Assembly (NCBI GenBank): GCA_963633165.1
Contig: CAVGXP010000029.1
Coordinates: forward strand, 1 to 57,653
Direction of reading: 5' to 3'
DNA from: a bacterium
GTDB lineage: Bacteria; Bacillota_I; Bacilli_A; RFN20; CAG-826
DNA length: 57,653 nucleotides
The notes below the pieces were generated by a model, which was not told the origin of the DNA, made no database searches, and saw only the letters and a program-made list of their open reading frames with translations. Shown piece by piece: positions 20,543 through 29,972 of the stretch (position 1 is the first letter of the stretch; each line of letters begins with the position of its first letter). Position numbers and translations under genes: made by a program.

Positions 20543-21202
20543 TTATCTTGAGGGGTGATTGCGGCGGTAGGAAAGCAAATCGAGGTATTCGTTGAGGTCT
20601 AAGCCATACAACTTCAAAAGCCAGTAATAGGCTTTGCGAATCTCCACAATCGTGGAATCGCAGCGGATGAGCATCGAGAAATCGCTGATTTCCTTAGCGG
20701 GAAGAGAGCCGCGGAAATAGAAGAGGGAGTCCAAATAGAAACGAGCCTCCTCTTTTTCCTTAGGCGAAAGCGCGGCGAGGCGTTTTTTGTAAGCGTAGAT
20801 GGGGTAATAAAGAGAGACTTTTTCGGCGAGCACTTTGTCCAAAGGATCGATGTAGAGGGACACGAGGTTGGAGAAATCGCTGTAGATGTATTCGAAATTG
20901 GCGCTTGGGTAGTGCAAAGGGGTCAAGGCTTCGCAGAAAAAGCCGTAGAGGACCTCTTTCTTGCCGTTGCTAACCCTTGCCATCGGGGTGATGGAATCAA
21001 CGATTTTTATTCTGGCGCCGTATTTCTTCGCGATGGCCCTAGCCAAATCGTCTTTGGCGCTTTCTTGGCTATGGCATCTTCCGCCGGGGAAATGGTAACC
21101 GGTCAACGGGAAATCGTCTTTTCCCAGTTCGCGGAGCAAAAGCATGTGCTTTCCTTCCACGATGACGGCGCAGGCGTAATTTTCAACATTGTTCTTCGCC
21201 AT
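20543..21202 (-). CDS. Nudix-fold protein with a degenerate Nudix box plus a helical C-terminal domain
   Basis: G-x5-E-x7-R spacing is present (GRCHSQESAKDDLARAIAKKYGA), but REUxEE reads RAIAKK. Confidence 0.6.
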   Translation of the reverse strand: MAKNNVENYACAVIVEGKHMLLLRELGKDDFPLTGYHFPGGRCHSQESAKDDLARAIAKKYGARIKIVDSITPMARVSNGKKEVLYGFFCEALTPLHYPSANFEYIYSDFSNLVSLYIDPLDKVLAEKVSLYYPIYAYKKRLAALSPKEKEEARFYLDSLFYFRGSLPAKEISDFSMLIRCDSTIVEIRKAYYWLLKLYGLDLNEYLDLLSYRRNHPSR

Positions 21203-21249
21203 AGTTAGACCCCACTTGAAACTAGAGCATTATAAGGCGGATTGTCTTA

Positions 21250-21277
21250 AAAGAAAACGTCCCCTTCTTAGAAGGGG
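21250..21277 (-). terminator. Candidate terminator at the end of the PLC-like gene
   Basis: Minus strand CCCCTTC-TAA-GAAGGGG with the stop codon in the loop, followed by ACGTTTTCTTTT. Confidence 0.4.
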
Positions 21278-22191
21278 GAGTTTTCGTCGCGATAGATTTT
21301 CTTGCTCGAAAATGGGCTCCCGTCATGGTCGATGCCCTCTTCAAAGGCGAGGAGGGAGGCGGCTATTTGGCTAACGTCGCAGTTTTGCTTAAGCAAGGCA
21401 TCGCCTTTTTCAAACAAAGCGCGGGCTTCATCAAAAAGGTCACTTATATTTTGACGGCTTTCCCGTCCGGAGACAGGGTCCTTCCACGTCATCTTTCTTA
21501 GGTTTTCGACGTCATGTTCCTCGTATTTTTTGCCTGAGCCAGGATAAGTGAAACCATACATGTCCCCTTCTTTTCCTAGCAATTTCCAAAGAGGCCTTTT
21601 CCATCCGGTGCGGCTTTGGAGAAAATTCTCGATGGTTATGTAATCTGAATAGGCGTGAAAGAAAGTATCTTCGTTCAGCCCGCGGATAGAAGAACCCTCC
21701 CAAAGTTTGGAGATGGCTTTGGCGTCGTCCTTTCTTATCTTCATGGCTTTAGAAGGATTTCGGGATGCGCCATAGCGTTCGACGACCTTCAAATCCAGCA
21801 AGGCCTCAAAGACTTTGTGAGCGAAGGAGTAATGGAGGGTGAGCGCGCCGTTTTCATCAAACCCAGAGCGATAAAAGATGTATGGGTGGCAAATCCGATC
21901 GAGGCAATAATGCGCTAAAAGTCCGCGGACGTAATCGCAAAGAAAGTTCTTTGCCTTTGGGTCTTCCTCTTGGTTTGCTTTAGCCCACATTCTCGCGTAG
22001 AAAAGGGAGAAATCGCTTTTGTGCAAGGCTTCTCCCACGTTTTGTATTTCCGCCTTGTCTTGCCTCTTTTTCCAAGGGATCATGCCATAGAAAAAGAAGG
22101 GATCCGGCCCTTGGGTCCCTAAACGAAAGGCGTCGGAGAGCTCAGTCTCCAACGTCATGGCGAAGCAATAATGCGTCAATGCTGCGGGCAT
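21268..22191 (-). CDS. Zinc-dependent phospholipase C-like family protein
   Basis: The N-terminal MPAALTHYCFA...GTQGPDPFFF pattern resembles the Zn-dependent PLC family. This is recognised by eye only. Confidence 0.5.
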   Translation of the reverse strand: MPAALTHYCFAMTLETELSDAFRLGTQGPDPFFFYGMIPWKKRQDKAEIQNVGEALHKSDFSLFYARMWAKANQEEDPKAKNFLCDYVRGLLAHYCLDRICHPYIFYRSGFDENGALTLHYSFAHKVFEALLDLKVVERYGASRNPSKAMKIRKDDAKAISKLWEGSSIRGLNEDTFFHAYSDYITIENFLQSRTGWKRPLWKLLGKEGDMYGFTYPGSGKKYEEHDVENLRKMTWKDPVSGRESRQNISDLFDEARALFEKGDALLKQNCDVSQIAASLLAFEEGIDHDGSPFSSKKIYRDENSPF

Positions 22192-22194
22192 CGA

Positions 22195-23655
22195 TTAGTC
22201 ATCCCCTTCCCCTATCCCTTCTAGTCCGACCTTGAAGGAGGTTTTCTTGTTCTTCACGTTTTTGACGAAAGCGAAGGCGATCAAACTCGCGGCGAGGCAA
22301 GAAACGGCGTAAACCGGGAGGTATTTCCAGGAATCATTGGTCTGAAGGACGAAGAGCAAGGAGCCTAGCGCTACCGGGGTAATGGTCTGAGCGGCCATGG
22401 AAGAGGCGTAGTAATAGCCTGTGTAGGCGCCGATCTTCTTGCCCGTGCAAAGCTCGACGACCATGGGGTAGGAATTGACGTGGACAAGCGACATTCCAAA
22501 ACCTTTAAAGCCCCAGATGATGAAGATGTACCAAGGGAAGGCGTTGTAGGTTCCTTCCGCAGGGATTTGAACCGGGAGAGCGAAGGTGAGGATTGCCCAC
22601 AGGGCAAGGCAAAGCCCGGTGATGGAAAGTCCGGTGAAAATCGTCCATTTGCGGCCGATCTTCGAAGCGATGAGACCGCCGATGGCAAACCCAAGGACGG
22701 AGCCAAGGCCGCCGATGATGGTGTTGATGAGGTTGGAGCTGGTTTTGCAATGAAGGTAATAAAGGGTGTAATTGCCCATGAAGGTCCCGATGCCGTTATC
22801 GGCCATGAACCAGAAGAATTCGGCCAGGAGGATGAGGATGAGCATCGTTTTGTTGGCTTTGCTCAAAGGGGCTTCGTCGGTGACGGCGTCCGCGGTCTCA
22901 GAAAGCAATTCGCCGCGTTTCATCTCCGGCTCCATTTCCTTGGCGATCTTGTTTTCCTTAACGGTGAAGAACAGCACGACGGCGCTTACAAGCATCAAAA
23001 TAGAAGCGATGAGGAAAGGGACTTCGATAAGCCAAATGTTGCTATGAGAAGGACCCAAGGCCCAATGGGGATCGGCGGAAGTCCCTAGATAATCGGACAA
23101 AACAAAGACGACACCAACCAAAGTTCCACAGGCTCCGCCGATGTAACCCATGATGTTGATGATTCCGTTGGCTTTCGAGCGAAGCGGTTTGGGGGTCATG
23201 TCGGGCATCAAGGAGACGGCGGGGTTGCGGTACATCATGGAGAAGGTCACCACCACCGCCATCATAGCGATGACCCCGGCGAGGTTATGATAATGGAACA
23301 AGACGGGGATGAAGGGGAAGGCGACGGCGCAAACAAACGTCCCGACGAGAATATAAGGCATGCGTTTTCCAATTTTGGTGTGAGTTTTGTCGGAAAGGTG
23401 CCCGAAAATAGGAAGCAGGATCAAGGCGGCGAGGTTATCCAAGGCCATCATAATGCCGACGAGATACTGGACCTCGGTTTGGTTCTTCGCCCCAAGAGCC
23501 TCAGTGAAAAGCTCAGTCAAGAAGGTCGGGCACCAAGAATCGTAGACCTGCCACAAAAGCAAGATGCCGAAGAAGGCGAAGCCGATGAGCATCGTCCTTT
23601 TGTAGTTAAGCTTAAAGGAGGCAGTCGAAGGCGTCGAAGCAGATTTAGTTTCCAT
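22195..23655 (-). CDS. MFS-type transporter (sugar/cation symporter-like, 12 TM)
   Basis: Polytopic hydrophobic profile. Start set at ATG 23655 (METKSAS) with GAGGA 7 nt upstream. Confidence 0.75.
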   Translation of the reverse strand: METKSASTPSTASFKLNYKRTMLIGFAFFGILLLWQVYDSWCPTFLTELFTEALGAKNQTEVQYLVGIMMALDNLAALILLPIFGHLSDKTHTKIGKRMPYILVGTFVCAVAFPFIPVLFHYHNLAGVIAMMAVVVTFSMMYRNPAVSLMPDMTPKPLRSKANGIINIMGYIGGACGTLVGVVFVLSDYLGTSADPHWALGPSHSNIWLIEVPFLIASILMLVSAVVLFFTVKENKIAKEMEPEMKRGELLSETADAVTDEAPLSKANKTMLILILLAEFFWFMADNGIGTFMGNYTLYYLHCKTSSNLINTIIGGLGSVLGFAIGGLIASKIGRKWTIFTGLSITGLCLALWAILTFALPVQIPAEGTYNAFPWYIFIIWGFKGFGMSLVHVNSYPMVVELCTGKKIGAYTGYYYASSMAAQTITPVALGSLLFVLQTNDSWKYLPVYAVSCLAASLIAFAFVKNVKNKKTSFKVGLEGIGEGDD

Positions 23656-23728
23656 TGTTTTTCCTCGATGGTTGGTACCATTTAAACACCTAGGGAGGCA
23701 AAAGGAAACGAAAAAGAATGAAAAGAGA

Positions 23729-23757
23729 TTGATTCTAAAGTTAATCTTTCTTAATAT
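23729..23757 (+). promoter_or_regulatory. Candidate promoter for the HMA/ABC/xth plus-strand genes
   Basis: TTGATT-17 nt-TAATAT, about 20 nt upstream of the HMA gene ATG. Confidence 0.45.
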
Positions 23758-23777
23758 AAATCCGAAAAGAGGCTCCC

Positions 23778-24059
23778 ATGTATCAAACAAGAATCGGAAT
23801 AGACGGAATGCGCTGCGGACAATGCGAAAGCCACGTGGCCGAACTGCTAAGCAAAATCGAAGGGGCGCTCCTCGTCAAAGCTTCTCACCTCAAAAATAGC
23901 GCCACAATCCTCTCCCCCATCCTCATAAGCGAGGAGCAAGTAGACAAAGCCCTCTACAGCTCGGGCTACCGCGTTCTGAGCTTCGAATCCACGACGTCTA
24001 TAAAGGAGCCGTTTGTCTATAAAATAAAGAAACGTTCCTACGACAAAAAACACGGCTGA
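23778..24059 (+). CDS. Heavy-metal-associated (HMA) domain protein, CopZ-like
   Basis: GMRCGQC (GMxCxxC) motif at the N-terminus; AAGAGG Shine-Dalgarno. Confidence 0.8.
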   Translation: MYQTRIGIDGMRCGQCESHVAELLSKIEGALLVKASHLKNSATILSPILISEEQVDKALYSSGYRVLSFESTTSIKEPFVYKIKKRSYDKKHG

Positions 24060-24072
24060 TATGCCGTTTTTT
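24052..24072 (+). terminator. Weak candidate terminator after the HMA gene
   Basis: ACGGC-TGATAT-GCCGT followed by TTTTTT; the stop codon lies in the loop. Confidence 0.35.
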
Positions 24073-24203
24073 ATTCTTTTATCCCTTTTCATCACCCGCC
24101 AATTTTCGGTTAGGTTTTTGGATTCAAAAAACAGGCTTAGAATTTCATTGTTTTTTTGCCCTCCTTTGATAAAATCCCCCCGTTTATTCAAGGAGGAAAC
24201 GCC

Positions 24204-25946
24204 ATGATAAAAATCATGAAATACCTGCGAAAAATCGATTGGTTTTTGATCGTTGCCATCATGGGGCTGACCGTTGTGCAGGTCTATTGCACGATGAGCC
24301 TGACGGATGCGATCGGAGGTTTGACCCGAACCATCATGGAAGTCCAAGCCCATCAAGCCGGGGAAGCCGACATTTGGTGGGGGGCGGGAATGATGGTCGC
24401 CTACGCTTCGGGAAGCATGGCCTGCCAGATGGTCATCGCCTTGTGCGCGTCGGTCATATCCGCTTCTTTGTCCACGAATCTAAGGCAGAGATTAAATGAC
24501 AAAATCACCTCCCTTTCGATGGGGCAAATCGAGCGTTTTTCCACCGCTTCCTTGATCACCAGGGCGACCAACGACATTCAGAACATCGGTTTCACTTTCG
24601 TCTTGGCGGCGAGGATGCTTTTCTCGGCCCCCGCGACAACCATCTGGGCGATATGCAAAATCCAAGCCGTTTCCGGCGAACTGACTTTTGTCACGGCCGG
24701 GGGCATCGCTTTGCTCGTCCTTTTCTTGATTTTGATGTTCGTCTTCCTAATGCCGAGGTTCAAGAAAACCCAGAAGCTCATCGACAAAATGAACCTCGTC
24801 GCGCAGGAAAATCTCTCTGGCATTCGCGTTATCCACGCCTTCAACGCCGAAGATTATCAAGAGGAAAAATTTAACGGGGTCAACAAAGACCTTACCAAGA
24901 TCCAGATTTTCACCAGCAGGCTCACGGCTTTGATGAATCCCTTCCTCACGTTGATCATGAATGGGATTTCCCTAGGCATCTACTGGTTGGGCGCTTATTT
25001 AATTAATAAAGGGACGACCGACTATCCGACGTTGGTCTCTTTCTCCACCTTGTCTTCCATCATCATCATGTCCTTCATGATGCTGATGTTCATGTTCATC
25101 ATGATTCCACGTTCTCAGATTTCCGCCAACAGGGTCAACGAAATCCTCGACAGCACCCCTTCTATCGTCGATCCAAAGGTTGAAACCGAAGCCAAAGAAG
25201 TTGGCACGGTCGAATTCTCTCACGTTAATTTTGCATACGACGAAAACGGCGGGGACGTTATTAGCGACATCAGCTTCCGCATCGAAAAAGGGCAGACGTT
25301 AGCGATTATCGGCCCTACGGGAAGCGGCAAAACGACGATCCTTTCCCTCTTGGCCCGTTTCTATGATCCAAGCTCTGGGGAAGTCAAAATCGACGGGGTC
25401 GACGTGAAGGAGATGAAAGAAGCCACTTTGCGTAAAAAGCTGGCCTTGGTGCCTCAAAAAGGCGTGCTGTTCTCCGGCACGGTTGAAAGCAACATCAAAT
25501 TCTCTTCCGAGGATTTAAGCGACGAGACCATGGTCAAAGCCGCCCAAATCGCGATGGCCGACGACTTCATAAGCAAAATGGAGGATGGCTATAAATCCCG
25601 CATCGCCAGGGGCGGCTCCAACGTATCAGGGGGCCAAAAGCAACGGCTTTGCATCGCCAGGGCCATCGCTTCTTCCCCGGAAATCTGCGTCTTCGACGAC
25701 TCTTTCTCGGCCCTGGACTTCAAAACGGATCTGCAAGTCCGCAAAAACCTCAAAGCCAATTTAAAAGACACGACGAAGATCATCGTCGCCCAGCGCATCG
25801 GCACCATCATGGACGCCGATGAGATCCTCGTTTTGAACGAAGGCAAAATCGTCGGGAGGGGGAAACACGAAACCCTGCTCCAGGAATGCGAGGAATACCG
25901 CGAAATCGCTTTATCTCAGCTTAGCAAGGAGGAACTCGGTCTATGA
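24204..25946 (+). CDS. ABC exporter half-transporter (TMD-NBD) carrying the degenerate-site Walker B
   Basis: Walker A GPTGSGKTT and signature VSGGQKQ. Walker B is VFDDS, with Asp in place of the catalytic Glu. Start at ATG 24204 with AGGAGG upstream. Confidence 0.9.
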   Translation: MIKIMKYLRKIDWFLIVAIMGLTVVQVYCTMSLTDAIGGLTRTIMEVQAHQAGEADIWWGAGMMVAYASGSMACQMVIALCASVISASLSTNLRQRLNDKITSLSMGQIERFSTASLITRATNDIQNIGFTFVLAARMLFSAPATTIWAICKIQAVSGELTFVTAGGIALLVLFLILMFVFLMPRFKKTQKLIDKMNLVAQENLSGIRVIHAFNAEDYQEEKFNGVNKDLTKIQIFTSRLTALMNPFLTLIMNGISLGIYWLGAYLINKGTTDYPTLVSFSTLSSIIIMSFMMLMFMFIMIPRSQISANRVNEILDSTPSIVDPKVETEAKEVGTVEFSHVNFAYDENGGDVISDISFRIEKGQTLAIIGPTGSGKTTILSLLARFYDPSSGEVKIDGVDVKEMKEATLRKKLALVPQKGVLFSGTVESNIKFSSEDLSDETMVKAAQIAMADDFISKMEDGYKSRIARGGSNVSGGQKQRLCIARAIASSPEICVFDDSFSALDFKTDLQVRKNLKANLKDTTKIIVAQRIGTIMDADEILVLNEGKIVGRGKHETLLQECEEYREIALSQLSKEELGL

Positions 25947-27763
25947 AAGGTCGCGTCCAAGATAACGAAAGGAGAAAATTCTCCGCCAAAAGCGTCAAAA
26001 AGGCATTCACGGGTCTTTCCAAAGACCACCTGCCCTACTTGATTTGGTTTATTGTCGCCTTGATTTTCCTGTTTGGGTCCGTTTTGCTTTCCATCTTCGC
26101 TCCAGGGAGGCTTTCCGATCTCACCAACATCATCGCCGACGCGGTTACTAAATCCACTGTGACGGGGATGCCGGTTTCCATTTCCATGAACGAGCTTGGA
26201 AGCGTGGCTTTAGGGCTTGTTTTCTTCTACGTCGCCGGAGGCTTCTGCTCTTTCGCCTCGGGGTTCATCCTAAACACGATTTCTAATCTTTACGCCAAAG
26301 ATCTCCGTGAGGCGATCGGGAAAAAGATCAACGTGTTGCCTCTTTCCTACTTCGATTCCCACGCTTATGGGGACATTCTCTCGCGCATCACCAACGACGT
26401 GGATAATATCGCCCAGAACTTCACCACCTCCATCGCCACCCTTTTGCAGAGCGTCACGATGCTTGTGGGCGTGTTGATCATGATGTTCATCAAGAGTTGG
26501 CAGCTTGCTCTCACCTGCGTCGCCTCCTTGCCGATTTTGCTTGTCGTCGTCTTGTTGATGGCTAAGCTCGCCTTCCCCCAGTTCCAGGCCAGGCAAAGGG
26601 TTTTGGGCGATTTGAACGGGGTGATCGAGGAGAATTATTCCGGTCAGGCCGTCATCAAGGCCTTCGGAAATCAGGAGATGGAGAAAAAGCAGTTCAACGA
26701 GGTCAATTTCTCTTTGGGCAAGACGATGTTCAAAAGCGAAGTCTACATGGGGATGCTCCAGCCCGCGATGAATTTCGTTTCCTATTTGGCGTATGCCGGG
26801 GTACTTCTTGTGGGCGGGCTATTGCTCTGCAAAGGGGATGCCGGGGTCGATTATGGGCGATTGACCGAATTCTTGGTCTACGTCAACCTTTTCCAAAGCC
26901 CCCTATCCTCAATCTCCCAATCGATGAATTCTCTCTCTAGCGCTTCCGCGGCGTCTTCGAGGGTCTATGAGTTCCTTGGCGAGGCCGAACTTTCTGATGA
27001 GTCGGGCAAAACAGAGCTTTTCCCTTTGCCTTTGAAAGGGGAGGTTGAATTCGAACACGTCTGCTTCTCCTATGATAGCAGTCGAGAGATCATTCATGAC
27101 TTCTCTGCTAAAGTCGCCCCAGGGAGCAAAATCGCGATCGTCGGGCCTACGGGAGCGGGGAAAACGACGATGGTCAACCTTTTGATGCGCTTCTATGAGA
27201 CTAATTCCGGCCGCATTCTGATCGATGGGGTGCCGATTACGGAAATGAGCAGGGAGGAGGTCCACAAAACCTTCGGGATGGTCCTTCAGGACACTTGGGT
27301 TTTCCAAGGGAGTTTAAGGGAGAACCTTGTCTACAACACCCCTAACGTCTCCGAAGAGGACATAGAAAAAGTGCTTAAGGCGACCCATCTTTCCCATTAT
27401 GTGAAAACTCTTCCCGGCGGATTGGATTACCAAATCAAAGACGGGGCTTCCCTCTCTTCTGGCGAAAAGCAGCTTTTGACCATCGCTAGGGCCATGATCC
27501 GCAACAGCCCCCTCCTGATTCTCGACGAGGCGACTTCAAACGTCGACACCCGGACCGAGGAGAGGATTCAAAAAGCCATGGACGCCTTGACCGAAGGAAG
27601 GACGAGCTTCGTTATCGCTCACCGCCTCTCCACGATCAAAAACGCGGATTTGATTCTCGTCATGAAAGATGGGAATATCATTGAGCAAGGCAACCACGAG
27701 GAATTGATGGAGCAAAATGGCTTCTACGCCTCTTTGTACAATTCCCAATTTGCCTTCGAATGA
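25943..27763 (+). CDS. ABC exporter half-transporter (TMD-NBD), consensus Walker B with a degenerate signature
   Basis: Walker A GPTGAGKTT, Walker B LILDEAT, signature LSSGEKQ. ATGA overlap with the upstream partner gene. Confidence 0.9.
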   Translation: MKGRVQDNERRKFSAKSVKKAFTGLSKDHLPYLIWFIVALIFLFGSVLLSIFAPGRLSDLTNIIADAVTKSTVTGMPVSISMNELGSVALGLVFFYVAGGFCSFASGFILNTISNLYAKDLREAIGKKINVLPLSYFDSHAYGDILSRITNDVDNIAQNFTTSIATLLQSVTMLVGVLIMMFIKSWQLALTCVASLPILLVVVLLMAKLAFPQFQARQRVLGDLNGVIEENYSGQAVIKAFGNQEMEKKQFNEVNFSLGKTMFKSEVYMGMLQPAMNFVSYLAYAGVLLVGGLLLCKGDAGVDYGRLTEFLVYVNLFQSPLSSISQSMNSLSSASAASSRVYEFLGEAELSDESGKTELFPLPLKGEVEFEHVCFSYDSSREIIHDFSAKVAPGSKIAIVGPTGAGKTTMVNLLMRFYETNSGRILIDGVPITEMSREEVHKTFGMVLQDTWVFQGSLRENLVYNTPNVSEEDIEKVLKATHLSHYVKTLPGGLDYQIKDGASLSSGEKQLLTIARAMIRNSPLLILDEATSNVDTRTEERIQKAMDALTEGRTSFVIAHRLSTIKNADLILVMKDGNIIEQGNHEELMEQNGFYASLYNSQFAFE

Positions 27764-27772
27764 GGTGAGCAT

Positions 27773-28531
27773 ATGAAGATTGTCTCTTGGAACGTCAACG
27801 GAATAAGGGCTTGCTTAGGCAAAGGGCTTAAGGAAAGCCTCCTTTCCCTTGATCCCGATGTTATTTTCCTTCAGGAAACGAAGCTTAGCGATGACGCCCC
27901 TCTCCCACTTCAAATCGAGGGCATGAAGGTGTATTCCACGAATTCGAAGGTCAAAAAAGGCTATTCGGGAGTCGCTTTTTTAACCAAAAGCGAACCCCTT
28001 TCCGTCCATTATGGGCTGGATGATGGAGCATATGACGAAGAGGGAAGGACCATCACTTTGGAATTCCCCTCCTTCTATCTGGTCGGTGCATACGTCCCTA
28101 ATTCCGGGGAGGACCTCAAACGCCTCACCTTCCGTCTTGAATACGAGAAAAGGCTTGGGGATTATTTGGATTCTTTGAAGGCGAAAAAAGAGGTCGTTTA
28201 CACCGGAGATTTAAACGTCGCCCATGAGGAAATCGACCTCAAAAACCCTTCCTCCAACCACCATAACGCCGGCTTCACCGACGAGGAAAGAGAGGCTTTC
28301 TCCTGCTTGCTTTCTAGAGGCTACGTCGACACTTTCAGGCGTCTGCATCCCTCTAGCCACGACTACTCTTGGTGGAGTTACCGCTTCAAGGCGAGAGAAA
28401 GGGACGCGGGTTGGCGAATTGACTATTTCCTCGTCAGCGAACCTTTCTTTGACAAGGTCGTCTCCAGCTCAATCCACAAGGAGATCCTTGGGTCAGACCA
28501 CTGCCCCATCGAACTCAACTTGGCGATTTAA
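27773..28531 (+). CDS. xth: Exodeoxyribonuclease III (AP endonuclease)
   Basis: MKIVSWNVNGIRA N-terminus and a C-terminal SDHCP motif. Confidence 0.9.
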   Translation: MKIVSWNVNGIRACLGKGLKESLLSLDPDVIFLQETKLSDDAPLPLQIEGMKVYSTNSKVKKGYSGVAFLTKSEPLSVHYGLDDGAYDEEGRTITLEFPSFYLVGAYVPNSGEDLKRLTFRLEYEKRLGDYLDSLKAKKEVVYTGDLNVAHEEIDLKNPSSNHHNAGFTDEEREAFSCLLSRGYVDTFRRLHPSSHDYSWWSYRFKARERDAGWRIDYFLVSEPFFDKVVSSSIHKEILGSDHCPIELNLAI

Positions 28532-28553
28532 AAAGCGGCAACCGCCGCTTTTT
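28531..28553. terminator. Bidirectional intrinsic terminator between xth and the convergent trpF-like gene
   Basis: AAAAGCGGC-AACC-GCCGCTTTTT, with A and T runs on both sides. Confidence 0.7.
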
Positions 28554-28555
28554 CT

Positions 28556-29257
28556 TTATTCTTTTTCAGACAGTTCTTCGAAGGCCCGTTTCGCTTCTTT
28601 GATGAAAGCCTTGGTCTTGGCCTCGTCTTTCCCTAGCAGGACGCCATTTTCTTTGATCGAGGTTTTACTGAAGGAGTCCACGCCGTAAGGATGAACTTTC
28701 TTAATCGCTTCATAGACGTTATCCGGTCCTAGCCCCCCGGCGATGATGATCTTGGTTTTGGGGAAGGCATCGACAATTTCTTTGTCGCTATTCCAATCGT
28801 GCGTCGTCCCGGCGACCCCGATGGAGGTGAGAGCGGGGTTGATGGAGTCGAGGATGAGATATTCGCAGAAAGAGGCGAAATGGGCGGCTTTCTCCATGTA
28901 ATCGCGTGAAGGCAAACCGATGGCTTGCATAAGTTCGATATGGGGGTCAATCTCCTTTAGGTGTTTGGATAAAGAAGGCGTGGCTTCGTAATAATTTCCG
29001 CAGATATGGACGATATCGGGATGGAGGGTTTTGACGTAAGAAAGGACTTCGTCTTCATCTTGCGAAACGACAATAAGGACCTTTTTGGCCTTTTTCCCAA
29101 TCGTTTTGAAGATGGCTTTGATTTCGTCTAAAGGGGCTTCTCTTGGGCAATCGTAGCCGTTGGCGATGGCGACTCCGATATGGTCGGCGCCGGCATTTAG
29201 GCACATGGTGGCCTCAGCAACGTCATGGATGGAATAAATTTGTGTGATCATGGCCAT
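28556..29257 (-). CDS. Phosphoribosylanthranilate isomerase (TrpF)-like TIM-barrel protein, stand-alone
   Basis: NAGADHIGV..., TTHDWN..., IIAGGLGPDNV..., PYGVDSF pattern is like PRAI. No other trp genes are in the window. Confidence 0.6.
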   Translation of the reverse strand: MAMITQIYSIHDVAEATMCLNAGADHIGVAIANGYDCPREAPLDEIKAIFKTIGKKAKKVLIVVSQDEDEVLSYVKTLHPDIVHICGNYYEATPSLSKHLKEIDPHIELMQAIGLPSRDYMEKAAHFASFCEYLILDSINPALTSIGVAGTTHDWNSDKEIVDAFPKTKIIIAGGLGPDNVYEAIKKVHPYGVDSFSKTSIKENGVLLGKDEAKTKAFIKEAKRAFEELSEKE

Positions 29258-29304
29258 ATCTTAAACCAAACTCCCTATAATAGGGCCGAAGGAAAAAAGA
29301 ACAA

Positions 29305-29868
29305 ATGAAAGAATATTCCAAGAAAAATCTTTTCTTCCCCGAACCTGTTTTGATTTTGGGGAGTTATGACGAAGCCGGGCGACCCGACGCGATGAACGCG
29401 GCTTGGGGAGGAAGGGCGGACTACGAATTGATCGCCATCAGCCTCGCCGACCACAAATCAACGCGCAATTTCCTTTCCAAAAAAGTTTTGACGATCGCCT
29501 TCGCCGACGAAAAACACGTCTCCAGTTGCGATTACGTTGGAATCGTCTCCCAAGACAAAGAGATGAAGAAAATGGAGAAATCGCTTTTGAAAACCGAAAA
29601 AGCGCCCCATATTGACGCCCCACTTTTCACCGATTTGCCAATTAACCTCGAATGCTCACTCGAAAAATGGATTCCTGACGAAGAGGGCGGAGGGATATTG
29701 ATTGCCAAAATCCTCCATAGTTTCGTCAATGAGGAAGCTTTAGACGAAGAAGGCAAGCTCGATATCGAAAAAGCAGGTCTAATTTGCCTTGATGAAGAAG
29801 CTCATTTATACAGAAAAATCGGCAGCCCCATCGCGAAAGCTTTCTCCGTCGGTTTAGAACTTAAATAA
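29305..29868 (+). CDS. Flavin reductase-like (FMN-binding split-barrel) protein
   Basis: PVLILGSYDEAGRPDAMNAAWGG motif, typical of the flavin reductase domain family. Confidence 0.65.
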   Translation: MKEYSKKNLFFPEPVLILGSYDEAGRPDAMNAAWGGRADYELIAISLADHKSTRNFLSKKVLTIAFADEKHVSSCDYVGIVSQDKEMKKMEKSLLKTEKAPHIDAPLFTDLPINLECSLEKWIPDEEGGGILIAKILHSFVNEEALDEEGKLDIEKAGLICLDEEAHLYRKIGSPIAKAFSVGLELK

Positions 29869-29907
29869 ATAACAAAAAACGGGAGAGTCTACATATGAAG
29901 TAACCCG

Positions 29908-29933
29908 CCTTCTATAAATAGAAGGTTTTGTTA
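29908..29933 (+). terminator. Intrinsic terminator after the flavin reductase gene
   Basis: CCTTCTA-TAAA-TAGAAGG followed by TTTTGTT. Confidence 0.6.
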
Positions 29934-29972
29934 GGAAAACAATGGTCGCTGGGGTAAAATGAGCCCCGTATC

